A stretch of DNA of 64,000 nucleotides from Macrostomum lignano. Taxonomy: Eukaryota. The DNA lies in assembly GCA_002269645.1 (NCBI GenBank), contig NIVC01003495.1, positions 1 to 64,000 on the forward strand, read 5' to 3'. The number at the start of each line of letters is the position of its first letter. Within the stretch, counting starts at the first letter, position 1. Below are positions 1 to 13,371 of the stretch, piece by piece. Under the pieces are notes generated by a model that saw only the letters and a program-made list of their open reading frames with translations, had not been told where the DNA came from and did not search any database. The translations under genes were made by a program, and so were the position numbers.

Positions 1-410
1 CCAATGCTAACACCCTGATCCAATGCTAAACACTCTGATCCCAATGCCTAACACCCTGATCCCAATGCTAAACACCCTGATCCCCAATGCTAAACACCTG
101 ATCCCAAAACACCCACCTGATCCCAATGCTAAACACTCTGATCCCAATGCCTAACACCCTGATCCAATGCTAAACACCCTGATCCCAATGCTAAACACCC
201 TGATCCCAATGCTAAACACCCTGATCCCAATGCTAAACACTCTGATCCCAATGCCTAAACACCTGATCCCAATGCAAACCCTGATCCCAATGCTAAACAC
301 TCTGATCCCAATGCCTAACACCCTGATCCGCAAATGCCAAACAACCCTGATCCCCGATGCCAAACACCCTGATGCCGATCTTAAACACCCTAATTTCGAC
401 ATAAATAAAC
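1..410. repeat. Minisatellite, 20-21 bp unit (CCCTGATCCCAATGCTAAACA), runs off window start
   Basis: Directly visible tandem copies that degenerate towards 410. Confidence 0.95.
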
Positions 411-1700
411 CTTCATCCAACAGCAGTTTCTAACAAACTGTTTCTAATGATAAACATCCTAATCCCAATAAATAGCGCATGTATACATCTAGGGGTCACA
501 TGTTCAAGGTAGTTTATGTGAACAAACAAAAATACGGGCGTTTCACCTGAAAAATCCATTAGGACGGGATGAAAATACGGGAAAATCCCATGTGCACGTC
601 AGTTCTGCCCCCGCGGCACAATCGATAACTTTGGATTCGGGGCAAAGAGAAGCCTGCAGATGCTGCCCCCAGCTTTCCTTCCCACATTGCATTATTTAGC
701 AGCCCGTGCGCCGCAGACAAGCTCTCAGCCTGAGTCGGCATTTCACGCCATTGATTGCTTGAGGGGGTATCCAGGAGAAGAGGGGAGGGGAGCTATTGAA
801 CCGCGTGGGATGCAGAATTCGCCGATGCATCTGGCGGAACTGCCTGGAACAAGTATTTCAGTCTGATTGCTAGAGAATCTTGAGGTGCTGCTTTCGATTG
901 CCGATCCCGTCCATTCTCCCAGTGCCCCCCCCCTACCAGCCACTTGAGGAAATTCTCCAGTAACTGTATTCCTCTAGTTAGTTGAAGCATGTCTTCTGTA
1001 GGCTATAGACGCAGTGTATGTGTATACAAAAAACTAATTCCGGTTTGCTAGATGCCATGATCTATATTGTACCAAATATGGATGAATTTCTGGTTGGTAG
1101 CTGAATTCTTGTTGCATATTTTTTATCAGTATGCAGCTGGCTTTATGCTAAAAACTTCACTTGCATTCTCTTTTATTGTGTCACCTTGGGAACGCAGTCC
1201 TGTATTACTGATCACGCATAGTAGCTTATAGTATTTTTGTCACATCTTTACAATTTTCTAATCAAGAAGGTCAATTAATTTGCTTAAAACCCATCGGGTG
1301 TTGCTAGTAGCGTCATTTCATTGCGTATACTTCAAATAAAATAGCTCTTTAAAGAGTTCATTTGCGAGGGATAAAAAAAATACTGATTGATTTGCTTTTC
1401 CGAATGAATTGCGACTGCAGATTAAGACAGTCCAAGTTAGATTGTAAAAAAACTGGCCTAGAAAAATCGAATCGAGTTGACAGGATGCTGATTAGATTCC
1501 AATTCAAACTTGACACGCATTAAAAGAGGACAAGATTTGTTTGTAAAAAATCGAATTTTTAATTAGGACATCACGACAGTCACATGACTAATATATGTTC
1601 ATTGAAGGAGACTCAGCAGCTACATTAGAATATTGATTGCTTTATAAAAACAGACTGCTTCCTCAACAGTAATCAGTTTGTTAAAATCAATGTCGCACAA

Positions 1701-3550
1701 TCAAAAAGTGGAGTCAGGGAAAAGGTCCGTGTTGTGCTGCACAATGGTGATCCGGTCTATGATTCGACCCTGCTGATCGTCGCTGACCTGCTCCAGGCTG
1801 AGGTGGGTGGAGTTGAAGATCTGCATCCGGTGTAGCCATAGTCGGTGCTGCGGAACGCAGAATAGTACATCGGCGACCCGAAGGTGTCGTGACGCTCTCG
1901 ACAACCAGCCGACCCAGTGACGACGTGCACAGTGCCGCGGGGCTCCGAGTACGGCTCCGCCAGCTGCCGTTGCGCACCTCCAGACGCGTCACCGGCCACA
2001 TCCTCTCGTAGGTGTGCTCGTGCGCCCACAGCGCGAGATCCACGCCGTACTTTTGGAGCAGCGGCTCCAGCGGGTACCAGCGGGCCAGGAAGCCTTCGCG
2101 CATGAACAGCGCACCGAACGTGCAGTCGTCACCGTCGTCATTGGAGCAGTACATCGGCCGGTGGCCCATAATGATTATCCAGGGCCTCGCGGCTCGGTTT
2201 TTACTGGCTCGCTCCAAATCCGCCTGCAGCCAGTCGTACTGCGACTTCAACTGGTCGACGCCGTACTCGACAAAGAAGTAAAACTCCGTGCTGATGCCAA
2301 TGATGTGCGCTGGGCCGAGGTCGAACGAATAGAACATGCTCTCGCCGTCTCCGCCGAAGCCCTTCGGCATGGTGAATCGGTTTTTATAGTGCGAGAAATT
2401 GTACATGAATTCGTGGTTGCCGACGCAGGTCATGTAGGGCAGGCGAGCCGCAATGGGCTGAATCATCTGCATGAACTGGTCGCCAGTGGCGCCGTCCTGC
2501 TCTTGCATGTCGTAGGCGAAATCGCCAACGTGCAGAATGGCGTCGTACATGCCGGCGCTGGCGTCTTGCATCAGCCGAGGCAGCGACTGAGCGTTCACCA
2601 TCCCCATGTCGCCGAACATGGCCAACCGTGGGGAGAAGCCACGCTTTGGGGTGCGAAACTCGAACCAGTCGCTCCATCCGGTGGCTTGCGAACCGCAGCG
2701 GTATCTGCGCGGTTTTAAAGAGATGGTTTTGAATATTATGAAAAACAATATTGAAATCCGATAGCTGGCGGGCAAAGAAGAGATAAGAGAGAAAACAAGA
2801 GCTGGGACTTTTATGGAGATGGATATATATACTACTGCTATATACAGATACTATAGACACTCTTGACTCCTAAAAGAAACCAGGCCAGACAATTTGTTAC
2901 TTGATATCTAATAATAATAGTAAGTATAATAATCAGAGCCACAGCCCCTCCTAATGGCAATGCTAATGCTGGCACCAATTTTACAGCTTGCTCAAGGACA
3001 CAAATTGTTTCGAGTGGGTCGAGAATCGAACCTCCGACCTTTTCAGTCGTGAGTCCGACGCTCGATCTATAACCATTATAGGCTACAACCCTCTATAGGA
3101 TACGGCCCCCCCATTATTTTAATATTCAAATAATTACTTGAACAGACCGCCCCAGCCGAGGTCGGGCAGGGTCACTCGGTGCACATATTGCGTCGCTTTT
3201 TTCGTTCCGCTGTCCACAAATATCGTAGAGCTGCCGTTGTACAATTTCTCTGTGGCATTTGGCGGCTGCACGCTCATTAGCTGCACCTGCGACTGAGTGT
3301 CATTGCGCGTACTCCAGGTCACCACCACCGAGGTCTCGTTGTCGCCGAAAGACAGGTGAATATTTCTGGCTCGAGGCCGGACTCGGGTATGGGAGTGTAC
3401 ACGTACAGTGGAACCTCCGGATGTTGATTGGATGAAAAGGTAGCCGGTGCTGCCCAGGCGACCTGTTGGCACGGTTGCTGCCAACGTCAGGCAGGCCAAC
3501 GCAGCGGTGAACAGTCGGCCTGCGATGCCCAGTTTAATGCTGATTGGCAT
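1701..3550 (-). CDS. ACP7: Purple acid phosphatase type 7-like; exons 3550-3138 and 2704-1701; two apparent 1-nt deletions (~1963, ~1829)
   Basis: Hydrophobic N-terminus, IHLSFG..VVVTWST FN3-like region, and metal-ligand motifs GDMG, GDFAY, GNHE, MGHRP, AHEH. The GT-AG intron joins FK-YRCGS. The C-terminal motifs PYSEPRGTVHVVTGSAGC and MQIFNSTHLSLEQVSDDQQG lie in shifted frames. Exon length 1417 nt +2 gives a 472-aa ORF. Confidence 0.9.
2960..3090 (-). mobile_element. tRNA-derived SINE family A (CORE-like), internally deleted copy in the ACP7 intron
   Basis: Shares GCTAATGCTGGCACC..TTTTACAGC and CTCAAGGACACAAATTGTTTCGAGTGGGTCGAGAATCGAACC with 62590-62770; B-box GGTTCGATTC on the minus strand. 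Confidence 0.75.
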
Positions 3551-4654
3551 GTCTTGCTGTGCTGATCAATAGCTGTAATGGCACTACAATGATGGTAGTC
3601 TTCTGCAATGCGTTTCTGAGAGTGTTAGCGTTATATATGCATGAGTTAGTTCTTATCGGGGAGCTTGCTGGGTCGTTTACAGCTATAGCTTGACCCCTGC
3701 TACACCGCACTGCAGCCCATTTATTAAGAAAATTTAGTGTCATCGCTAGGTGGTCACGTGAGTTGAATTTGCTCGCGCACACTGGTGTCTCGTTTGCCCT
3801 TTGCAAAGCATGCAGCCACCCCTGCTTGGGGGCAGAATTTCTTCTTGCTGTAAAAATGTACATGCAAGCGTATACAGCAATATTCTGATACTGGCCTAGA
3901 AATTCTTCCTAGGGCTTTAGAGTTCAGTGAATCACCTCTTTATGTACCTGGTCGAACCACGCATTATTAAAACAGGTACTGAATGTACTCGAGAATGTTA
4001 GAAAACTTAGTGTTTAAATCAGAATATTCTAGCTTGCACGAACAACCTCCCCTTTCATGTATCTTGCTTAAAATGATCAAATTTGCAAGTTTGCGAATGA
4101 CGTAATTCTGCTGCATGTGAAGGCATCTTATCTATAGCTCAACCTTTCGATTTCTAAAATGCATTCTCGTTGATTTATTTACAGATATATACACTTTCGA
4201 ATGCGTAGACTAACCCATCGCGTTCAGTCTAAACTCTAGCTATTAAACCCCATGAACAACTAGAAAGATGAACACATTTCCGTTAGCAGGATTTTTTGTT
4301 TTCGAGAACTGCCTGTTCACCGCCCTATTTAGTTAAGCCGTCGTACTTGTACGGCGATATGTGAAATCCATTATATTTCAATGCACACTATCCTACTCTA
4401 GCATACTACTGATAGTAGAAATAGCTGGACAAAAATGGGACGCGAGATTGTTCGCGCAATGTGATAAAATATGCTATGATAATTATGATTCCTACGCGAA
4501 GCTATGGACACGAAAGGCCATGTAGGTAAAGTCCCTGTGGTTCCCTAAAACATTGTGCCAATTTGATGTGGCACTAAAAAGTTAAATTTTTGTAGAAAGA
4601 ATTGGCCGTATATGCGAATAGAATATAGCTGAATGGCGCGAGCACTCGCACAGC

Positions 4655-5913
4655 TCAAACTCCACTCTTGCACATGCCATGAGGCGCATGAATTGCTCGG
4701 TACTCTTTTGAGTACATGTACTCGCTACTGTAGTCTTTGTTCCTCGCCTCCCGTTCGAGTTGTGATTTTCGCTCCTCTGCCTGAGCCAGCTCATCCATCA
4801 GCAATTTCTCATTCAGCGCATCCAGGTACCTTGAGTCCCGAATGACGCCGCTGTCCGACTCTCCGCTCTTGCCGTCCAGGATGTCGCAGACTGATTTGGT
4901 GGAGATGCCCGCCAAAGCCAGCGGTCGCTCCTGCAAGCTGGCCATTTGCCTACTTCTCTCCACTCCGCTGCGCAGCAACTCGTTGCGGTCCGGCTCCGGG
5001 CCCAAAGTCAAGCGAAGCGACTCGCACCACTTCAGCGAGTCCCAGGGCATCGCCTCCAGCAAGCGGGCCATGAAGCTGATGCGCCGCTCCGTCAGTTGGT
5101 CTTCGGCCAGTGTCTCGGACAGCTGGCTGCTAACATTGACAAAGTCTACGAGCAGGGGGCCCCACAGCTCGGCCAGGTGGGAAGTCATCCAGAAGAGATC
5201 GTGCGAGCAGGCTATGGTCAGTAGGTCGCTGAGATACGAGCCGAGCGCTGCGAACGATTCAAACTCAAATTCATGCATCTGACCACCTGTAAGGTGGGTC
5301 TTCGCTAGAGTGACACTGCGGCAGCAAGTCTGTTGCAGGTGCTCCAGCGAGGTGTAATTAATTCGAAGCAATGGACCGCGCTCTCGCAGGTACTTCATGA
5401 GGAATAGCAGCACCTGGTCTAGTCGGTATTTTCCTATCACAAACTTCAAGTGCGATACAGAGCCGCGAGAGATGTGCTCGGCCAAGTCCTGCTGGACCTG
5501 GCGATGGTTGTGGGATTACGGATTCAGTTTGGGACGCGAGACAGTGGGATTCTGGACTGAGTTACTGACTTTCTGAACCTGTTGAGGATGCGAAATTGTT
5601 GACCAAGTCATTTGTCCCTCACCTGCGAGTCCGGTCGCATCTCTTGAATGTAAAGCTCAAGACCGGGACACAGGCAGGTCTTGTTTGCCACCTTTTCGCC
5701 GCAATGTCGATAGTACCGGACATTCACGTAGGTGGCCTGCCGCAGGCGCCGGATGCATAGGTACACCACTTCGAACGGATCCAGAAAGCCCGGCTGTTGG
5801 CACCATTTAGCTGCGTAGAAGGTCGGCGTTACTGGTGCAGTATCTGCCAGCTGACTGGCGCAGTGCGACGCGGCGCTTCTTGCATAGTGATCTGGCAGCT
5901 GTCTACCTGACAT
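4655..5913 (-). CDS. Hypothetical protein ~377 aa; exons 5913-5623 and 5497-4655
   Basis: Two ORFs joined by a phase-0 intron (CAG|GTGAGG...CGCCAG|GTC); helical, Leu-rich, with a coiled-coil-like C-terminus; family not recognised. Confidence 0.6.
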
Positions 5914-8900
5914 TATTTTTATCTGCTGCTACAGAGCTACAGAAATTAAATGGAAATTAACTGGGATTGGCCGTTGGGTTTCGAATAGACAAGGTTAAGA
6001 CGCATGTAGTAACTGTAAGGTAGCGAAGACTTGTGTCTAGGGTCCGGACTACCAAAGGGCAGCAGGTACTTCAAAGCAGAGAGAAACATAGTAAAGTATA
6101 TATAGCCATTCTATTTAAAGCTTCTTTCCATATATATATTGACAAGGATGATTTTCTAGAGTAGACTAAAGTTAATTTATTACCCGTAATTTAGTTGCGA
6201 ATTCTGGTCCAAAAACCAGAATCCCGGCCTTAATATCGGGCCGTGAGGTCCAAAAATACCTATATTGCGGCTATTGATATTGCTACTCTACTGTTTCACT
6301 AAAAAAGCAATACGCAGGGCAATCTGTCTCATGAATACTTTTGATATAGGACCACGAGTTATATATTAATGTACACAGTCCACGTGTGAATAGAATTAAA
6401 AGTATAGTACTTTATGATGTTTTATGCTTTATTTTGTAATTATATAGTATCAATAAAAACGAAATACAACAAATAATTAGATCTTTTGCTTATGATTTTC
6501 ATAAAAATCCTTTATGCAACTTATATCCAACTTAGCGATCGGACTACTCTCTAGCATCAAAATTTCTCACATTTTTATTTACAGTACAATAATTTTTGTT
6601 ATAATTTATTATGCACTAGCTATACTAAAACTAGTAGATGATTTGCAGATTGCTTCTGTTAAAGTGGAGCAAATAGCAATGTAACGACCGAAGACCGAAG
6701 TTTATATACAGAACGAAGTTTGCCTTAGTGGGATGTCCACCGCCCCCTAAATTTTTAAGTTTAAGTTTGACTTGGTGGCCCACGCCCCCATAGTCTTAAC
6801 GTTATATTTTCCTGTATTTTTTCAATTTTCAAAACTCCTACCTAAATCCTACTCTGTAATTTTTAAAGTAATCCATGCATAAGGTATCATTCTGTAGATG
6901 ATGAATAGGTGCGTGAATGAGAGTATTTTCGCAATATGTTACCGTTTGTTTGCAAAGTTATTGATTTTTCTAAGAAAAAATAAATTTCCGGTTTATTCAA
7001 GTGTAACAAATTCAATTCCTTTGTAGATTTCAAGTACAGACATTTTATTTCTACTTTCTCTATTTTCTGGTATACATATTAAATCCGGAACGTATTGCGA
7101 CAATTTTATTAAGCCTACTTTTCTTTTGCTGATGTTGATGAGTTGTGTAGCGATTTATCAGGATTCACACGTAGTGAAGAAGTAGTGAACTGGGCGAGTT
7201 ACAGGGAGCTGTCGAAAATACTGTCGAAAATCTGCGAACCATATTCAATATATTTAACTATTAGGTATTAGAGCCAGCACAAAGCCAAGAGCGACGAACG
7301 ACAAACCAGACAACCAGACCAGCAGCTTGATGGAAATTCAAAACGTTTTTAATGGTCATTTGAAATTGAATATTAAGATTTAAACAAAATAATGAAAACT
7401 TTATCTGACTAACAGGTCAGCCAGAACGTGCACAAATACAATTAATTAGTAGAAGATTTAAGTATCAGTAAATTATTTTGCAAAAACGGTGTACAAGAAC
7501 TCAAACCGTCACAGTATTTATACAATCAAATCAAAATAATATCGGAAATGTGTAAAATCGAATTAAAGTCAAAATTGGGTTATAACGTAATATTTTCTAA
7601 ATTAGCGATCTAAAAAACTGAAAACTTTTATGTTTTTACTTTAAATTGATGAGGACGCACTTTTCTCCAAATTTCACGCTCGCACATGGGCTCCAAACTT
7701 GCTAGCCTACTAACAATATGCCTTTTTAAGTAACTTTTCTAGAATTCATACTAGCAGGACTTTTGTAGCTATATGAATCTGCCATACTTGTAGTCATAAT
7801 AACATAGGCGCGGTTTTTTGCTGCTTTTGGGGTTATAAATCATTGCTTTTGAGCTGGTCTGACAGCCACCTGCGCCTCACTCAAGCTGAGGCTGGCGCCA
7901 GCCGCCAGATGGTCTGAGAGGACGCGGGCGGTATAGCTTTTTTCTCATCATTTTTGACAGGCCATCAGATTTATGAGGTCAGGGCCTATTGTTCGTGTTC
8001 ACTCAAGCGTTTGACAGCTTTGACAGCTATGCGTTTTACCCCTAAAAGTACTTTGGGATTGGCGATTAGCGATTTCTCTTCACCATTTTCACTTTCTACT
8101 TAATAAGATCTTTCTATTCCATATTTTTTCATTAATTTTTGTCATTCCTACGCGAAAGGTCAAAAATCATTATGTAGCGATTTTGAGTGATTTATGGCAA
8201 CACCTGGCGTATTTTTATGGCACTGAGGGAACTAATAGGATCTTCTGGTCACGTGAGTTTGGGTGGCAACAAGCTCAGCCAATCAAAAAATTCGACGTCA
8301 GTTATAACAAATCGGCTCAGCCAATCAGCGTCGAAGTGTTCCATTATATCAAAATTTTCTGTCCAGTTGGCGGCTATTTAAACCGGTGTTTTTGACCCGC
8401 TCGGACCTCAACCTCCAGGGACTTTGGCCTAACTTAGACCTCCTGAAGCTCGACCGTCGTCTCTTGATCCCCGGATCGCGACTCCCGCCGTCATCATCAA
8501 GGACGAATTCCCCCGGTCGTCAGCAGCGAACATCAAGGTTAAGATCATCACCTGCTAGCTATCTGCGAAGACTGTGACAGCATCATCCCGGGTCTACAGC
8601 TTCGAAGCAGTAAGCCGATTCGGTCACTGTGGATTACCTGCATGGTCTCCGGCTGTTGAGTTTCTGATTGGTTGGGTGAGAGGCTACCTAAACTTGCTTG
8701 ATTGGGTGATCCTTTATCTGTCTCCTGTTTCAGTAGCTGGATTAGGCGTACACTTTTGCTCATTTTGTTCAGTAGTGCTGTTATTGAGGCAGTCATTCAA
8801 TAATACTGTTAGTAGTCTGAAACTCCAATTTAATCTGAGGTGTGAAGTGAATCAGTGAGCAAGTTAAATCTGACAGTTATTTTTGTCGGTTTTATTTCTT

Positions 8901-10059
8901 TCTTCGCCGATGGCTCAGATGAGTGGCTAAGCTAATAGGCGCCGGTCACAGAGTGGACCAATGGCAAGGCAGTTCTCAGTCGATCAATCTATCAAATCAG
9001 TGAGCAAAGTTGCCAATAGTGCAGAATCGGCGCCAGAGATGTACTCTGTGCACTCTAGGTTTGCCAAGCGGCTCGGGTGATGAATCATACGGTCTCTGAG
9101 GTTCGAGTTAGCCTATCATCAGCGCTACGAGAGGCTGGTTGGCGCGTTGAAGGCCAAAAGTACAATTCCTCGTATTTAGCAATGTAATAGTACATGTAGC
9201 TGCCCCATAGTCTGGCCACTGCCAGAATCCCCTGCACAAGTCCCCTCTGTACCTGCATGGCCAATGCGATCAAGTCCCAGCAGTGTCCCTTATAATCATC
9301 GGCTATGACCTCGAGATTGACAGCAAAAATACACTAGTTGACAGGTACAGGTAAGTGCTAAGCCCCCTCTAGTCGGAAGCCCGATTTCGAAAGTTCCGGT
9401 TTGGTGAGCCAGGACGCACGGGCTGGTGGCAGCGGGTTAGTTAATCTGCGGATTAGCTAATCTCTACCTTCAAAATTCTCCCTGCTCGCCACTGATCAAG
9501 CTACCATGGGGCTGACCATCTGACAGGAGTGGGGGGGCCAGGACTCAAATTGATTTATTTCTGAGACCTGAGGCCCGAAGACTTCCCGAAAGGGGCCGAA
9601 AAGGCCGAAACCCATCAAAATTATACACCTAAATGCTTGCTACAAAATCACACCAAGCATGTTGCTACAAGTATATGTGCAGAAATCGGAAATATATGCA
9701 TCCAAAGTTTAAAAAATCAACAAAATTAAAATGCACCGCATTTTTCAATATTTGACAAACTCCTGTTCCCCTAGCTATTTTTCAACCAATACATGTAAGG
9801 TGTCCTTTTGTAGATAATTGATAGATTTATAATGCATCATTAGATTCTTTTTGCAATAGGTTTGTATGCAAAGTTTTCGAGATATTTGCAAAAAATCAAA
9901 ATGTCGTAGATTTGAATTTTGAGTACTTGAATTAGGTATTATAGGCAGAGAAAAATTAACGCTTTTATACAAAAATCTAAATATCATTCAATAAATTCCC
10001 TGTGATTTTAATCGAAATACATAATTAGATTGTTTGCTGCATAGAGCAGTTGCTAATAT

Positions 10060-11069
10060 GGGATAGCAACGTTTGTCAGCCGACGTTTGCCAGCCGACGT
10101 TTTCCAGCCGACGTTTGCCAGCCGACGTTTGCCAGCCGACGTTTGCCTGCGGGACGTTTGCCAGCCGGACATTTGCAGGCGGCAATTGGTTAAAGAAGTA
10201 CGCCCTCTCTAGGCTTACATGTACTTGCATTTAAAAACTGTGGACATAGCACTAATCTAATTCCACCCCGCTCCCGACTACTGGTATTGAATAGAATATA
10301 CAGGTTATGAGGTTACTAACAAACTACTGTTCAGGCTTATTGAAGTTATTATAAATACTCTGAAGAAGTTATTGCTCGTGTCTGCCTAAATATAAAGGTA
10401 AAAATACAAAATAGGAGTTTCCATTGTCACGGTTGATGTCTATGTATGCCATGCATGGAATCTGGAATGGCCTTTTCCATCTCAGTGGCCAAACAAGCTA
10501 AGTGTTTACAAGCTAAATGGGAAAAGACTGAGACATCCATAATGGTATTGGCTTAGTCTAGTCTCGCCTGTATATACTTAACTCAAAAGCCAAACTCTGC
10601 TTAACGGAGTTTGGCCATGACAGCGTGCACTTGACAAGCTGCATTGGAATTAATTCGCTTACTTTTGGATCTCCCAATGAACTGGGAAATATATAAGCCA
10701 GAATTATCGTTCAGCAGTTCTTTTATTTGCCCAAAACTTGGCTCGTTGGAGTTTCCCGTTTAAATTTGCGTGTCTTCATTCGCAAATCAAAAATCAAACA
10801 TCTCAAACTGGGAAAAGCAATAAAGCCGTCAGAAGTAAACTTTGTAATATTTCCACATTCAAAGAAATTGTTGTTAAACTGGCAAACGTCGGCTGGCAAA
10901 CATCCCGCAGGCAAATGTCGGCTGGCAAACGTCCCGCTGGCCAACGTCGGCTGGCAAACGTCCCGCTGGCAAACGTTGGCTGGCAAACGTCCCGCTGGCC
11001 AACGTCGGCTGGCAAACGTCCCGCTGGCAAACGTCAGCTGGCAAACGTCCCGCTGGCAAACGACGGCCC
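10060..11069. mobile_element. Putative non-autonomous DNA transposon bounded by inverted arrays of CGTTTGCCAGCCGA-type repeats
   Basis: Array 10068-10190 and reverse-complement array 10878-11063; GGG...CCC ends flanked by GCTAATAT / ACTAATAT (7/8 match, TSD-like). Confidence 0.55.
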
Positions 11070-11816
11070 ACTAATATCTGCGGGCTATATATTTTCCATT
11101 AAAAGGGCCGTTTTAGAGGTTTTATCATTTTTCGAATACAAATAGTGGTATCGAATTTCCGTTTTTGTTATTTCATCTTAAAATTCCATCTTTTCTACGA
11201 ATTTTGACATCTGGCACAAATCAACGCACCGAACTTGTAAAATTTTGGAGCAATTTTGTTTCGAAATTCGCCATCCAAAATTGTTCCCTGGACCTCACTG
11301 TCAGTGTCAATGTCAACTCGTTTCGGTCGTACTACTAGCACCGAGTAGCGCATATGGGGCATACAGAAAATCGCAAGTCCCACAGCCAGTACGGGTAGGG
11401 CTAGCCTTGTGTGGATCCATGGTGGATCCACTTGGCTAGCCGCGGGCGTTTTCTACTAGTGAATTACACGGCTAGCCGTCAGGCGCGAGCTGGGGGGAGG
11501 GGTGGAGCTATAATAAGCGTACGTTACAACCCTAATGTAGACCATTACCAGAAGTAACACTAGCTTACGTGGGGTAATGTACACAAGCCTCGGGGGGAGA
11601 GGGGGAATCATTTTATTGCTTTCTTTGGCTCTCGCGACTTGTTTTTCTATCCAAGTTGAACTTGAACAAAGCGCCTATCGGCCAATCCGCACAGTCTAGA
11701 CTGGACTTAATTATATGTAGTAAACAACTTTGATTGAATTTCTGTATCTGAATCGTAGTCCATCCATAGAAAGGAAAAAGTAATAAGAAAGTTTCTTAGC
11801 TGCTTTCAAAAGTATA

Positions 11817-13253
11817 ATGAGCAGTTTAATCGAATATTTACGAAGCCTTCGAAAGGCCACAAAGCCTGGAGCTGAGGACACCACTGACCGCCTAAATTTC
11901 GTGTGGACTCCAATGCTTCTAATCTTGTTCAGCCTAGTCGTTTTCGGCAAGGAATTTATTGGCCGGCCTATGCACTGCATATTCTCCGGTAATCCGCAGC
12001 ATCATCCGTCTAATTTTATAGATTTTGCCGAAAGCTACTGCTGGGCTCACGGGACGTATGTCTACTCGAAGGATGCTATAGTAAAACTCACTGGATACAG
12101 GAGTTCTGAAGAACAAGAATACTACTGGGATCATACTATTTCTAACCAGCTCCTCACTTATTACCAGTGGGTACCTTTCGCTCTGCTACTGCAGTGCATT
12201 GTCACTTATCTACCAAAATTAATCTGGCAGATGATTTGCAGCCGGCGTTTCGGATCAGACATCTATAGTCTTGTTAGCCTAGCAGCCGAGGCTAAGACCA
12301 GCACTGACAATGGCTTCCGTGAGCAGGCGTCTCGCATTGCAGACGTTATCGAACGAATGCTAGTTTATAATCGAGAGTTCCGGAATGGCCGACTGCAACG
12401 CATGAAGTCTGCTCTGTATAATCGGTGCAATTTTCTAGTGCCCAGTAAGCGAATGGGCACTATGCTGACTCTGCTGTACATGTTGGTTAAGCTGCTGTGC
12501 CTTGCCAACGCGATGGGCCAGCTAATGTTCATGTCCGCCTTTCTCGGCTTCCAACAGCTGGGCTTGCAGGCCTACGGCTCCGCCATGTTGCAGCACGCAG
12601 TCAGCGCTCGCGGACTCTGGCAATCCACTATGCTATTCCCGCTGCACACCCTGTGCTATATCCGCCTCCGACTGGATCCCGGAGCTACTAACGCCTATGT
12701 CGGACAGTGCACCCTGCCAGTTAACATTCTCAACGAAAAAATCTATATAGTTTTGTTTTTCTGGTTCCTAATGCTGACTTTTGTCACGCTAATCAGCATT
12801 GGCGTGTGGCTATTCCGACTGCTGTGCACTTGCAATCAAGTGCAATTTGTCAAGCGCTTCTTGCACCTGTCCGATCCCAGCCTGCAAGCTGACCGTTCTT
12901 CTGTTAAATCCTTCGTATCCAAGTTTCTACGTCACGACGGCGTGTTTCTCGTGCTGATTCTGAGCGAAGGCTCCGACAAGATCATCACTACTGAGGTGGT
13001 CCGGCTGCTCTACCAGAGATGGCGTTGCCAGCACCGCGGCCGCGATCTGACCAGAGGCTGCGAATTCTCCGACCTCACCGACAAAGTGTCGGCCGCCGAC
13101 TGCGGCAGTGGCGGCGACAGCGGTGGCGCTGTCGGCTGCAAGCTACCAAAGGGAGGCGGCCGCGCCGGCGACGAGCCTTCAACTTGCAAAATGCGATGCA
13201 CCAACAATGTCTATGGCATTGCAGGCGATGATAGCGGACTGTTGGCTGTGTGA
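11817..13253 (+). CDS. Innexin, intronless, 478 aa
   Basis: DRLNF..T TM1 start, C..YCW in extracellular loop 1, YYQWVPFALLLQ signature, C..QCTLPVNILNEKIY in loop 2, four TM segments, FL..DGVF C-terminal motif. Confidence 0.95.
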   Translation: MSSLIEYLRSLRKATKPGAEDTTDRLNFVWTPMLLILFSLVVFGKEFIGRPMHCIFSGNPQHHPSNFIDFAESYCWAHGTYVYSKDAIVKLTGYRSSEEQEYYWDHTISNQLLTYYQWVPFALLLQCIVTYLPKLIWQMICSRRFGSDIYSLVSLAAEAKTSTDNGFREQASRIADVIERMLVYNREFRNGRLQRMKSALYNRCNFLVPSKRMGTMLTLLYMLVKLLCLANAMGQLMFMSAFLGFQQLGLQAYGSAMLQHAVSARGLWQSTMLFPLHTLCYIRLRLDPGATNAYVGQCTLPVNILNEKIYIVLFFWFLMLTFVTLISIGVWLFRLLCTCNQVQFVKRFLHLSDPSLQADRSSVKSFVSKFLRHDGVFLVLILSEGSDKIITTEVVRLLYQRWRCQHRGRDLTRGCEFSDLTDKVSAADCGSGGDSGGAVGCKLPKGGGRAGDEPSTCKMRCTNNVYGIAGDDSGLLAV

Positions 13254-13371
13254 TGTCAATCGTCAGGGCTCGTGTACTGATAGTGAGTCACTGTGTGTAC
13301 GGGACTGCTCAGTTCTTATCAAAGTTATCCTAGCTATAATTCCCTATGTCTCTCAATTATCCTTGTGTCGC

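Noticed and set aside
480-1000. GC-richer patch with short ORFs, possibly a TE remnant
   Set aside because: No recognisable motif in any frame
8380-9560. GC-richer intergenic segment suggestive of a retroelement or UTR remnant
   Set aside because: No RT, integrase or gag motif, LTR pair or TSD could be identified
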